Positions 13,243 through 26,279 of a stretch of DNA of 64,000 bases are shown piece by piece. This DNA comes from Podarcis tiliguerta (lineage: Eukaryota). The notes under the pieces are model-generated. The model was given only the letters and a program-made list of their open reading frames with translations. It made no database searches and had not been told where the DNA came from. The position numbers and the translations under genes were made by a program. How positions within the stretch are numbered: position 1 is the stretch's first letter; every line of letters begins with the position of its first letter. The stretch lies in the NCBI GenBank assembly GCA_965153285.1, contig OZ229111.1, one strand, 5' to 3'.

Positions 13243-13425
13243 GGGCAGATCCACACCCTACATTTAAATCACATTCAATGCACATTTAAAGAGCATGAAC
13301 TCTCCCAAATAACCCTGGCATTCCTGGCACCCTTAACAAACTACAGTTCCCAATATTCTTTGGAGAGAGCTGTGAGCTTTAAAGGTGCAATAAATGTGCT
13401 TTAAATGTATGGTGTGCATCTACCC
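13243..13425. mobile_element. Palindromic MITE (PIF/Harbinger-like termini)
   Basis: Long imperfect TIR GGGCAGATCCACACCCTACATTTAAA / TTTAAATGTATGGTGTGCATCTACCC; related remnant at ~15710-15855. Confidence 0.6.
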
Positions 13426-16007
13426 TAGTTACTACTGAGAGATCTATAAAGAGCCAGTGTAGTCATGCAGACAGAAAGTAAATAAGGCTTGTCATATCCT
13501 AACCTGAGTGAGATTCTGATGCACTTAAAAGTCTGTGGCTCAGAGAAGAGCCAACGTGTTAAATGGCAGTTCCAGACTCCATCTTCCATTCCATCAGTTC
13601 CACTGCAATTTGTCTGTGTAGCTGTGCATGTGTTTGCATACATATACACACACACACAACACACACACTCATCTGCAGCATTGAACCAAAACATTTCATG
13701 CAAAAGGGAATAAGAGGGTGAACAATGGATAGTTTGTTCGGGGAGAGGTGAGCAAATGTGGTTTGGCATGGGAATTTGTCCAGTGTGGGGAGTATTAGAG
13801 ACCTGTATGACAAAGGAAACTTGTGCCAGTGGGAGGAAGAGAGATTCCACTGATATGCCGGCAGAATGGCTACTGAGCTCTGTACATGTTCAGCTTAGGA
13901 GGGGAAGGAAAGCAAACATACCTGAAATCCCATGGTAGGGTTAAAAAATGACACACACACACACCTCAGCAGCCCTGGAAACACAACCCACTGATTTGGG
14001 GGCAAAGCCAAATGGCGATGTTCAGATGCCACTGAAACATGGAAGGAGCCAATGAGCTCACAATGATGTGCTCCCTGCATCACAACACAGACAGCAATGC
14101 CAGAGTGCCCCCAATCCATATAGCACTAGGGCTGACCCAGCAGTGCCCCTGTTGTGGCCAGTCCCAGACATCCTGCAGCCAGGAGTGTAAATCTCCTTAT
14201 GGTCCTCACAGTCAACATTTTGGAGCACAACGCACGCACAAACACACACACACACACACGGAGGATAGGAGGATGACTCCCACAGCACAGCTGCAAAGAG
14301 CACACACGGCCCTTCTGGGACAATAATCTGAGGATCACCCAGGGAGGGAAGCAGCCTCTTGCAAAGCAGATGTAGGGAGTGGCCAAGACATGCAATAAAG
14401 GTAGCCACAGAGACACATTGGTGGTGGCCACCTCCAAGGGCTCACTCCTTAGGGAAAGAGGTTGGGAAGCAGGAGAGAGGAGCTCAAGCCTCAACAAGAG
14501 GAAGGCAGTAACATGGCCCCACTTACCTTTGCATGCATGACCTTTACATACACACACCCTAAAAAGCCATGTTGGGAGTGAAAGACAGGGAGCTCCCAGG
14601 ACCTTGAAACTGCGATGCCAACACCACAGAGCAGCTCCCTAACCACTCAGCACCATGACAGTATAGGATTCAATTGTTTTTGATCTGCTTAGGCTGATCC
14701 AGACAGAGTCAGTCCAAAATACGCCCCATCTGCACTCTGGGTTTTGCAACATAGTCCTGCAAGTCGCATTTCAAAAGCAGTAGCATGATATGCATTCCAC
14801 ACAAAATGGATGGGATGGGTGGTAGCCTTGCTTAAGGAGGGGTGTTCCTATTCTTAAAGTCTGGATGATGAAAATCACTACAGTGATATGAGATAGGGAG
14901 TGTCTCTCTACTTGCGATGACAGGATTCACATGGAAGTTGAAACCGAGTAGTCTCAGGGCGATGTGTGGAGAAGCACTTTGTCAGTTTCACCTTGCGTGC
15001 AAGTTTAGGTCAAGTCCCTGCTTATAGACGGACTGCCGATATTTGACCACCATGTGGCCCAGAATAGGAGGAAGAATAATATTTTTCCAGAGATAGTGTG
15101 CTGTGCTTTGCAAGCTAAGAAAACATTATACTCTCTCCACTCCAAGCAGAAGTCCCCCTATTAGGGAAAGGCTAGATCCCACACAAGAAATGAGCGACAA
15201 CTTTTGCACATTTTCTGGATTTTAAACCTGGAAGGCCCTAACAATCTCAAGGTACAAAGTTTTGCCTTCAGATGATGCAAGGAAACACCTCCTATGGGAT
15301 TTGTCCAGGGCTTCTGAGGCACCTGAGTTTAAAGAGAAGTTCTCCATGACAGCATATTCCTTGCTGAAACTCTGTGCTGGTCTACTTGTTTGTGCAACTC
15401 ACCAGAGCAGTTTTCATAATGTTCACAGTTGCTTTGTGATTTACCTGCCTATAAAGTTCTGATTAAGGTCTTGTTCTGCAAGTCGAAGGAGCGTTAAGTG
15501 GCTACGAGCTCATTTTGCAAATGAATTAATACCTAGGCAAGGCAAGATAACAGTTAGAAACAGAACGCAGGCCTCCAGTGTGGGTGGCATGATGATGGGT
15601 GCCTAGGCAAATCAGCCCTCCACCTGATGCATTCTGCTTTGGGCAGAGGCAAGTTGTGAACTGTAACTAGACAGAACAGTTGCAAAACAAACAAAAGCTG
15701 TGTACACATTCAAGAGTTAAAGCACATTACACACACACACCTGTGGAACTGTAGTTTACTGCTCACAGAGCTACAGTTCCTAGCATCCTTAAACTACAGT
15801 TCCTAGGATTCTCTGGGGAGCAGAATGTGCTTTAAATGTAAGATGTGTAAGCAGCCTAAAGAGTCTTGTCAGCAGAAGCCCTGGTGCAATGTTTTCCCGC
15901 CCCCTCCTCCTCCTGTGCCCTACACGCCCTCTGAAATTGGCTCTGGGTGGGTTGGGAAACCCCCCAGAAACATGCATTGGTGGGGGTGTGAGGGGATTAC
16001 CCTATCT

Positions 16008-16204
16008 TAGGGTTGCCGTATTTCCAGAGGTTGTTGAGCTTTTTGGGGGGCTACCGCTGAGCCTGAAACAGAGCCAGAGCTGCCTGCACCAGAGCCAAAT
16101 CCTGAACCCCCCTCAAACCTGGACATTTGCTTACAATTGTAAACCCCCCCCCTGCCGCCCCCGGTAGGACATGTCAGGGATCTCCCGGACGTATGGCAAC
16201 CCTA
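16008..16204. mobile_element. hAT-like MITE
   Basis: TIR TAGGGTTGCCGTA / TATGGCAACCCTA; TSD not clearly preserved. Confidence 0.6.
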
Positions 16205-16797
16205 TTCTGTGTGGAAAATTTTAAAGCTGGCCCTGATGAAATGTTCAATATAGTGCAAGGCTGATTTCTTCCAAGTGAATTGCAGCCTGCTGTTGCGTCC
16301 AATGGTTGCAGCAATCCACCCCCACCCCACCCTATAGTCCCTGTGCCTCCCCTGAATCTGCTCAGGAAGGTCCCCATCCCCCAGGAGGAAGGTGGAGCTG
16401 CCCCAAATGTACACCTTTGTGTTCTGCTAACGGAACCTTGGGAGAGGCCTAAGTTGGTGTTTGAAATATTTCGAAAAGCCTTTATGAGCAACACATTTTG
16501 CATAACCCTAACAAATTTATTATGTCATAAAACTTTCATGGGCTAGAGTGCACGTCATCGGAGGCAAGTTATCCTAACAGGCACTTTGTTGTTGAGGTGC
16601 AAAGAGGTTTCTTCTTTTGTTCCAGGGGTGGGGTGGGAGAGTCACGTTGCAAGCCTGGGCATTCCTGATGGATGACCCTCTAAGCTGGGGTGCCTCCCAT
16701 CCTGTAGGTAGGCTTGGGTAGGAAAGAAACTGTGTTTTACATTGGGGGGCTGGGATAGAAGAGAGAAACAGTACGGCATAATGGCAGGATTATTGTA

Positions 16798-17039
16798 CAT
16801 TGGTACCTCGGTTTACGAACTTTAATATGTTCCACAAGTCTGTTCTTAAACCAAAACTGTTCTTAAACCGAGGTGCGCTTTCCCTAATGAGGCCTTTTGC
16901 TGCCGGTGCCTTTCCACTGTTTGGATTTTGTTCTTAGACCGAGGTAAAGTTCTCAAACCGGGACACTACTTCCAGTTTTGTGGAGTTCGTAAACAGAATT
17001 GTTCTTAAACAGGACTGTTCTTAAACCAAGGTACTACTG
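16798..17039. mobile_element. Tc1/mariner MITE related to family A, opposite orientation
   Basis: TIR CA(T)TGGTACCTCGGTTTA / TAAACCAAGGTACTACTG, TA on left; internal GTTCTTAAAC repeats. Confidence 0.75.
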
Positions 17040-20000
17040 CGATAACCTGCAGTTTCATTATATTTAAAGTAGATGAATAAAATAGTAAGTTAATTTAGAA
17101 TATGCAGGAAATGTAAAAAAAAAAAAGGAGCCAAAGAAAGAGGAGAAAGGAAGTCGAGTTTTGAAATGTTAAAATGATTGTAAAACTATTGAAATGTATA
17201 ACCAAAATTCATGGTTAAAAAAATGGCCCAGGAGAGAGGAAGCATAAACAAGTAGGGTAAAAAGATATTCCCCAAACAATTGTTGCTTTGAAACTTTTTT
17301 TTAAAAAAATCCTTCTTTGAAGCTGGTTGGTGCAATGGTTTGGTGGTCTCAAACTAGTTGTATTCATGGCTCCAAGGAACACGTCATATTTTGGACAGAT
17401 CCCCAATGGAAGGGACTTGCCTCTTGGAGCTTTCTCTCTGCTGTTACAACGGAGACGAGACAGTGCTGGCTGCAGATCAAGAGCAATTGCTTGTTGCTTA
17501 GAAGGCTTGATGTTGCTTTTCTGATGCCTAAAGAGAAGGCGCAAGCAGAGCTCACTCAGGCCAGCTTAGAAGGAAGGACTAAGAGACACAAAACTGGCTT
17601 ACATGATGTGCAGCGCTTGAGTGTGAGCGAGAGAGAAGCTTATTTAGCTTACGCTGGAGGTTGGGAAGAAGCTGATGCCACATAGTAACAAACACATAAA
17701 CAATGTTTAAAAATAAATTGAAAGGGTGTGTATTAATGAATATATGCTATGAAAAGGAAGGTTACCGGGGGGGCATTCATTGACAAAATGACCACATGCA
17801 TCAGTGTCCAGACTGTTCCACAAGCCGCAGCCCCTTAAACCAAGCTTCCCGCAGAAGCTGAAATGCAGCGGCTGTTTCCATAGCTCAGCTAAGAAAGGAG
17901 GTTTCCATTTCTTGCACCCCCCCCCCAGTGCTTTCCCTCCAGTTCAGCACATCTGCCAACCATCATGCATCTCCGCTATGACGACTTCCCAGGACACTCT
18001 TACAACCGTATGTATCATTAATGCAACACACCCAAGTTACATTTCTGTGGGAGCAGCCGAGGGCCTGCATGGCTAGGGAATAGCAAACAGATGTGCCTCT
18101 CGCAGCTGATTGAAAAGGGGTGGCAGGAAGGGGAGAGGATGGGTGGGCGAGATCTTTGGCTGGGCGTGGTATTTGCAGGCAGCGTGGAAAGCCTAGCTGC
18201 GCTGCTGTTTTCCTTGTGTTCTGGACTCGAGGACAGAGAAGTGTCTTAATTCATGTTTAATGCAGAGCCCTGCTTAGCACATGAATAAAGACAGAGAAGG
18301 TCAACGCTGTCTGAGCAGTTCAAGCAGAAAAGTGACAGTGCGATAGTTCTTGCTTGAAATGTGGGGTCTTAAAAGGACCCATCTGTGCAGGGGCTGTTTT
18401 GATGACTGTATCAGGGTGACTCCTCATCACAAGCCACGTTGGTCCTGAACTTGGTCTGCACTCATTTCAGGAGAAGAGAAGCACACTAGAGCCTTACAGC
18501 TTCAGCTGCAGTTAACACAACCATTTCCTGTACCATCTTAAGGTATGTCTTTTAAAAGAAGGGAAAGAATCCCAGGGCTAAAGTGTCCTGAAATAAGCAC
18601 AGGTAAAACTCCAGTGTAGGAAATAAAAGATGCAGGGGCAGGATGAAACCAGCCTCCCAATAAACAATGACATTAACTGATCCCTTTGTGTTTCTTAAAA
18701 AATAAATAAAAGTCAACTTGGTTCCATCTTTTAAACTTGTTCTGTCTTCTGGGATACCACCCACCCAGTGCTGATTAAAAAAAAAAAAGCTGATTTTAAG
18801 CTGATTACAATTATTTTAGTGAATATGTCTCTCTTGTCTGGCTTGAGTTCCACTGACCCACTGAGCCCAGAACTAGTCTGAGATGAACATGACCTACATT
18901 TGTTTGACGTGATTAAGTTCCATTTTAAGAAAAGTGCAAATCTCCAATTGGGGGGAGTGGTCAGTGGGAGTATGTTCCCTCTCTCAATATGTGGATTTAT
19001 TTGCCATCATGGAGACAGCAAAAACCTCTCCCTCTCCCCTTCTCTCTCTCCTTCAACTTTTCCATCTTTCTAGTAATTTTTCGGTGTCCTCATTTGTTCT
19101 GGGAAATTTCCCAGTTTCCTGGTCAGCCTTCCCAAGAGAAATTTCAATCAGAATAAAATGTTTTGTTTCTTGAAAGCTTTAATACTAAAGGTGTTCTAAA
19201 TCAGTTTGTTATGGGGGAAGAAATGGATTTCTCTAACTCAACCCTAAGTGGTATGAAGAATGGAAAGCTGTTAACATACAGTACCCTAACTACTACTTCT
19301 TCTTCTCCTTTTTACAAACCTACACCTGTGATATTGATTGATTGATTGACATCACAATCTTTGGATACTCTTCTTCCTTCCATTTCTGAATATTCAGAAA
19401 TTTCTGCATATTCAGAAATGGGACAGGGTGGGATCCCCTCCTCTTTGGGTTTTTCTCTTCCTTACTTCCTGATGTCTGTGGGAGACATGCTGGGCAGAAG
19501 CTGCTCCAGGGACACCCCCCCCATCTATGAATTGACTGTGTGTAGGAGAGGGGGGGAAGAAGGATTGAGCATATACCAGTTCCTTCTTCCTCTCCCCACT
19601 CTGATTCATAGTTGATTCCCTTTTGTACATTCAGTAAAACACAAAATATTTTTTTCTAATTATCATGGTCACACACAAATCCCCACCTCTGGTATTAACC
19701 TCTCACATAAATAGACCACTCAATTGCACAGTTGTTTTTTTCCAGCTTCCTTTAGACTCGGGGTAGAGTCTAGTAGTGTAGCCTGGAATATGTTTATGGA
19801 GTGCAGCTCCCATTATCCCTGACTACTGGCTGCTTTGGTTGGGGCTGATGAGAGTTGAATGGGTATGGGGGGGGGGGACCACATTGTCTACCTGCGTTCT
19901 AGAGCACACCTGAGCTCTCTTAGACGGGCCACTTAAAGCAGAATTTTGAAAACTGACTTGAAATCTAGACAAAGTTTGGCCAGCTAGGTTCCAGCAAAGA

Positions 20001-23000
20001 GAAACCACAGCCTAAATGTGTCTTCAGTTGACCAACGTGTCCATTAGGAAGCCCACTGTTGCTTTGCCTTGTTCCAATCCTGTCTTGCACAACATGCTAT
20101 GCAGAAGGGCCCTGATCCACATGCAAAGCTATTTCCTGAGTCGGGAAATGGGGCTCAGTGCGCAGCTCTGCCGCCCTGAGTCTCTGCTGCATGAGCTCAA
20201 TGGAGATTCTGAAGAAATGCCCCCCTTGAAATGAAGGCCCCTGGCAACACTGCTGTGATCAGGAATGCTTTTTACCACACGGCACACTTGCCAACACGTG
20301 CGGTCTGACTCCACCCTGGCACTTTCAGGCACATCCCCAGTGCAGGCGCCAGAGCCATGCAGGCCCCAGCAGGTCCTGGCTTCTGGCATTTATCCCATCC
20401 CAGATATGCATGTTGGCACACCCTTGGCTTGATTCCTGAAACCTGTCTCCTGGGGGCCTCCTGCCTGCTCCTTCTCCTTCTGCACCTCCCAACAGCCAGA
20501 TTCTGGAGGTATTTCACTGCTGTCCAATAGGGTGGTACTGCAGAGGCAAAGCCCCATCCAGCATCCTTAGATGACCTGCAATGCAAACATGCAAAAAATA
20601 ATTTAAAAAGCATCCCTCATTGTGCCTGCTCAACCCTTAGCTACTACAGCAGCAGCATTACCCTATGGGCGGGGGGCATGTTGGCATTGTATGGTTGCAA
20701 AGATGTGATGGGCATCTGTCCCAGGACCCTACCTTAGGTCAGCCAATTCTAGGAGGGAGAGAGGGCTTTGCATTACTTTGCCCTTCTGAATTTGCACATG
20801 GAGTCCCTGTAGGCATGCAATCTGCTGGGGCCAGAAAAGGTTAATCCGCTGGCATGGGGTTCACATTCCCCAGAGACTTTGTACCAAGCATGTGATGTGC
20901 ACGCCCTAGTCTAGAAAGTAAGAGGATTAAGTGGCCCAGACATGTCCAATTAAAGCTCTGTGAGCAGGGAAAGCATAGGGATGGGAAAGTCTAGTAGAGG
21001 GCTGCAGGTACTCTCTCTAGCTAGTAGAACAGAGGCCAGTGCATAGATTTTGACACACAAAGACACACACCTCTGTTTTCAAGGCAATACAGAGCTAGAG
21101 TAGGAGTGGGGAACTGCTGACCCATGGGGTCTCCCCATCCTGCCAATAGCTTCCCCTTTCCCCCTCTCCAGGGCATTTATGATTGAGAACAGTCTTCTGA
21201 GGGCATCAACAGAAGGCTGAAGTTCAAACCTTATTTCAGCACAGGGGTGTGGGTGTTCAGACAGGTAGAACCTTGCAGGGGGATGCTTCTGCAGCACTGC
21301 TCTTCCACCTTGATGGCATTGTACTCCATCATCCTCACCCAGCTTAGCCAATGGTCAGGGATGATGGGAGTTATAGCTCAACAGCATGTGGGAATCCAAG
21401 GTTTGAGGAATACTGTGCTGGAGGGTGTCCTGCTAGAATTTTGCCCCATTGCTATCTGCAGGTGGAGGTGTGGGGAAAGGTCTCCCTGCTGGTCTTAGCT
21501 GTGCTGTCTATTGCAGCAAAAATAACAGGGTCCTGTGGCACTTTAAATAATAAAAAGTTTATTATGACGTCAGCTTTCATGGCTTAATTCAATGCATGAA
21601 GTCTTACCTCATTTGTTCCTTAGACCTGGACTCAGACTTCACCTAATATAGGCACTTATCTTTGGATGTTAGAATCACCCTAAGAGGTATGTATGCCACT
21701 TAGAGACATATACTGGACACCATTTCGAGAATGTTGTGATCTGTAAATCCTTCTACATGAAATAAAAATAACATCCGATGTGACAGGAAATTAAGAGATC
21801 AACACACCCAACTGAGATTTACTTTGTCTATCTCTGGTGACGATCAACAGTGTAGAACATGAATACATAAATGGGAAGGAAGTCAGGGGCCACCTTAAAG
21901 CCTCCTTAAAGCATCCCCCAGGACAGCTGTCACCATGAAGTCAGGCATTACCTTATATTCTTCCAATGTGCGGTGGAATAGTAGAACTGTAGAGTTGGAA
22001 GGGACCCAAGGGCCATCTACTTCACCATGTGCAATGCAGGAATCATATCTAAAGAAACGTGGACAGAAGGCTGGCCAATGTCTCTTTCTCCAATGAAGGA
22101 GAGTCTACATTATTCTTAGTTAACTTAGCATCCTAGAACCATAGAATCCTTTGTTATCCTTAGTAACTAATCCTTAGTTCAGGAAATATCCACAACACAG
22201 CACATCCTTTCATAGAGGAGCCCTGCAGTGATGTGAAGAAAACAACCCAATCCAGGTGGTTAAGGAAATTCTCAACATCCTGGAAAGTAGCATTTCACTA
22301 CAGGAGACTCATCAGGCTGGGAGATTTACAACAACCTCCACCTAGTGGTTTTTGTGGGTTTTGCAACCTGTTGACTCAATAGTTTCATTGAGATAAATAA
22401 GGCTTACTCCTAAGCAAACGGGCATAGGATTAGATTGATCCAAGACTTTAAATTTTGATGCACTCGTGTATCCTAGACTTGCATGTTTCCCCTTGTTTTC
22501 TTGTACTGTGCTTTTAAAAAAAAAAAGAATGGAAGGAAGATCCTAGTTATTAGCTAAAGATAGAATAGTTCAGTGCCCCCCCTCCGTCTCTCCACTTAGC
22601 TCCATCACCCCCAAAAGCTATTGGTCTAGAAAACTATCACAGTTCCCAGTGTCTAGGTTTGTTCCTTGCCTGAAAACCTCCATCATACCTGCCGAAATCA
22701 GCAAGAACATGGCCAGCCTAAAGCAATACTAATGGCTGCATCTAAAAGACCATCTTGCCTGTAGCAAAAGACGGAAACTAAGGATTGTATTAAAGGCAAC
22801 ACTTTCCTCTGGGGAGCTGCTCATTCATAGCAGTCAGTGTTTGAGAGGGCCTTGAGCAAGATGGTCTTAGTGGATCCACCACCCCTTTACGACTGTCACT
22901 GCCACCCATTTTGCTTTCCCTATTTATCTGGGTGCAGCCTGCACATATATCAGGAGGTGCACCAGTAAGAAGACTAGTCCCTTTTTGCTTACTCCAAGCG

Positions 23001-23313
23001 GGCAGGTGAACAGGCAGTAGCAGAACAAGGAAGAGGAAGATCAGGGCCAGGGGGTTTAAGGGGTGGCAGTGGGCCTCTAGCTGAAGCATGGCCCTCAGAA
23101 AGCATATGATGTCAATGCCTGATAGTAGCTTCTAATGTGGACGGAGTGACTCTCACTGTGTCACCACAAACTATATAGCTTACGTTATGGTGGCCCAGTG
23201 AAAATTATTCCGTGTGCAGGCCCACCCTGTGAAGTGATTTAAATCAGGCTCATCACACTTAACACCTTCATTTTTCAGGGGTAGCTGCCCAGCTGCAATT
23301 TGTAATACCAGTA

Positions 23314-23555
23314 CAGTGGTACTTCGGGTTACATACGCTTCAGGTTACATATGCTTCAGGTTACAGACTCCGCTAACCCAGAAATAGTACCTCAGGTTAA
23401 AAACTTTGCTTCAGGATGAGAACAGAAATTGTGCTCCTGCGGCGCGGCGGCAGCGGGAGGCCCCATTAGCTAAAGTGGTGCTTCAGGTTAAGAACAGTTT
23501 CAGGTTAAGAACAGACCTCCGGAACGAATTAAGTACTTAAACTGAGGTACCACGG
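23314..23555. mobile_element. Tc1/mariner MITE, family A
   Basis: TIRs + TA TSD; homologous to 11143-11384. Confidence 0.88.
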
Positions 23556-25614
23556 TACTTGGTTCCTATAGGCACTTTCCCATATGCAGGATCTCTGACA
23601 TTTTCACTGATTCGGGGTTGCAAAACTTTGGTTTTCAGAGGCCATATTAGGCTGTCGCAGCAAAACAAGACCAGAACCTTGGGATACTTTAAAGACCTAA
23701 CAAATTTATTGTGGCATAAATGTCTGTGGGCAAGAGCCATTTGAGCAGGTAAGTGAAGTGGTCACATAAGTGGCTTTCTTTCTTAATAACCAAACAGGAC
23801 AGCATTTTATGGAAGTTGTAGCCCAAAATGTCTCAAGGGCACCAAGTTGGTGGAGGGGGGTGGGGAGGCTGAACCTTCTTCTTCACAGGTCTGATAAAAT
23901 GGGTTCACACTCACAAAAATCTGAAGCCTAATAAATTTGTTTGTTCTTAAGGTGCCAGGAAACTCTAAATTATTAAAGGATACTACTATTTGTATTTTAT
24001 TTATGTGTGCAATAAACTCGTAATAGAAAACACAGTCCCTTAGAACAGCCCAGCACAAGTTGGCAGCTTTACCATCTCTGCTGCCACACAGTGGTGAGCA
24101 ACTGCTGTAGCAATAAGACTGGAAATGTTTTAAAAAAAGAGGAGGAACAGACTACACAGGGAATAACTGAACAGAACTATTAGGGGGCCTAATGGGGAGG
24201 TAGAATATTGCAGGCCTTGTGGAGCTTGATGATACTTGCCAACCTAAAGTAAAAATGAACCATGCCTTCTCAAGGAAGTTTCCTGGACATTCCTGGGAGA
24301 TATAATAATTATTTTAACAATAATAATTTATTATTTCTACTCCGCCCATCTGGCTGGGTTTCCCCAGCCACTCTGGGCAGCGAAGTTATTTCGTTAGTCA
24401 GTCACAACCTTTATTGGATGAAGTACTGTATTAAAATATGATCTCAGGAAGGTGAGTTCTTAAATCTTCTTACTGTATTAGCTATTCAAGGGGCAGCTTT
24501 TTCAGTGTCTATGAAACAGCTCATGATTTACCCCCAAGAAACAAATAGGTTTCATATATGGTTGTTGATTCCTGTGTCCACTATCTGTTGCTTGCTGCTT
24601 CTGTTGGGTATTTCACTCTGTGCTCCCTCTTCAGAAGTGTTCAATATGCTTGCATGGGAAAAACTGGGACTTCCCATCAACCACCATACCCAAACACACC
24701 ACAAGGTTAGATTCTCTGGTTAAGGCAATGTTTCTGTCCATAGACTGCTTCGTATGTGGGAAACCAAAGTAATGTATTCCAACTCCTTTTCAACAGATAT
24801 TTTTGGCAGTGAAACTTCCAATGTTGTATCCGTCCCTGTCTCTGCATTGTGCTGCCACAGATGAGAAAGCATTACATGTACAAAGATTAAGATTAATCCT
24901 GGCAACTTGCAAGCGCAAGCCAGCTTCAGTTTAGGAAGCAATAGATTTCCCGCCCCCGCTCTGGGGAAACCAAACAGAACACCATTGATTGTTCATTTGC
25001 AAATCATGTTTGGAATGCTGTGACGTCATATTGCTTCGATGACTCAACAAACAAAAACCTCAGGTGAAATCCGAGGCAAGAAAAAGCATTAAGACCCTGC
25101 TAAAGAAATGGAAGTTTGCGAGGAAAGTATGTATTTATTTTTCTCTGTTGTGATGGCGACGTAACCTTTTAAAAGGAATTTCTGCTTGTAAAAAGTCTTT
25201 TCGTTTTGCTAAAACTGTGGGGCTTGTGAGGTTCTTCCATTGGATGATACGCTGAAAGACAGCTTAGCCACTGCTCCTACAATGTGCAGCTGCTAGGAAG
25301 CATTGTGTGTGTCCTCAGTTCATGTGCAGCAATAGTGAAGCCCAAAAGACATGGCCATTGCCCCATAACGAATCAAGGGTGAACCCTAAGACAGTTCTGT
25401 ATTTCTGTGGCAGAATAATGAATGTCAAAAGGATCCCCTTATGGTAGAAAGTTCAAAATCCAATAATTGAAAGCCTATGGACCTGTGCATCTAAGCACAT
25501 CGGTCGCTGCAATGCTCTTGAGAGCCAGCAACCCTCTTTCAAATGCTACAACGCTGGCGAAGTCACAGAGAGCAGGCAGTTGAAAGGGTGGTAGTGGAAG
25601 AACCTTTGATAGTA

Positions 25615-25865
25615 GAGTCGTACCTTGGTTCTCAAACAGAATCCATTCCAGAAGTCCGTTTGACTTCTGAAAACGTTCGGAAAACAAGGCACAGCTTCCA
25701 ATTGGCTGCAGGAGCTTCCTGCACTCAATCGGGAGCTGCGGAAGCCACGTCGGACATTCGGGTTGCAAAGAACGTTTGCAAACTGGAACACTCACTTCCG
25801 GGTTTGCGGCGTTCGGGAGCCAAAACGTTTGAGTCACAAGGCGTTCGAGAACCAAGGTACGGCTG
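25615..25865. mobile_element. Tc1/mariner MITE, family B
   Basis: TIR (C)AGTCGTACCTTGGTTCTC / GAGAACCAAGGTACGGCTG, TA TSD; inverted copy at 43458-43699. Confidence 0.85.
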
Positions 25866-25933
25866 TATTCCATAGTGACCCAGAATGGAAGGACAACAAG
25901 ACAAAACCTATTGAATCTATTTGTAGTAGACTA

Positions 25934-26158
25934 CAGCGGTACCTTGGGTTACAAACGCTTCAGGTTACATATGCTTCATGTTACAGACTCCACTAACCCA
26001 GAAATATTACCTCAGGTTAAGAACTTTGCTTCAGGATGAGAACAGAAATCATGCTCCGGCGGTGTGGCAGCAGCAGGAGGCCCCATTAGCTAAAGTGGTG
26101 CTTCAGGTTAAGAACGGACCTCCGGAACGAATTAAGTTCTTAACCCGAGGTACCACTG
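25934..26158. mobile_element. Tc1/mariner MITE, family A
   Basis: TIRs + TA TSD. Confidence 0.88.
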
Positions 26159-26209
26159 TATAGATATGTGTAAATACGTAGTGGCTTGCTACACAGCCGG
26201 AACTTGCAA

Positions 26210-26279
26210 CTACGAAACAAAAAGAAACAAAAGACACACAGAGGAAGCAGAGGCGATTTCCTTATTAGCTATGTTTATT
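26210..26279 (-). terminator. Distal poly(A) signal of NOTCH3 with GU/U-rich downstream element
   Basis: Minus strand AATAAA (26279-26274) then TGTGTGTCTTTTGTTTCTTTTTGTTTCGT about 35-65 nt downstream. Confidence 0.65.

Noticed and set aside
24653-24678. Paired head-to-head RBPJ site (SPS)
   Set aside because: Spacer is 10 bp rather than the 15-17 bp needed for NICD dimers, and both half-sites are non-canonical.
5600-26200. Hidden intergenic gene or pseudogene
   Set aside because: Only short ORFs without recognisable homology or splice-consistent structure; unannotated lncRNAs cannot be excluded by eye.
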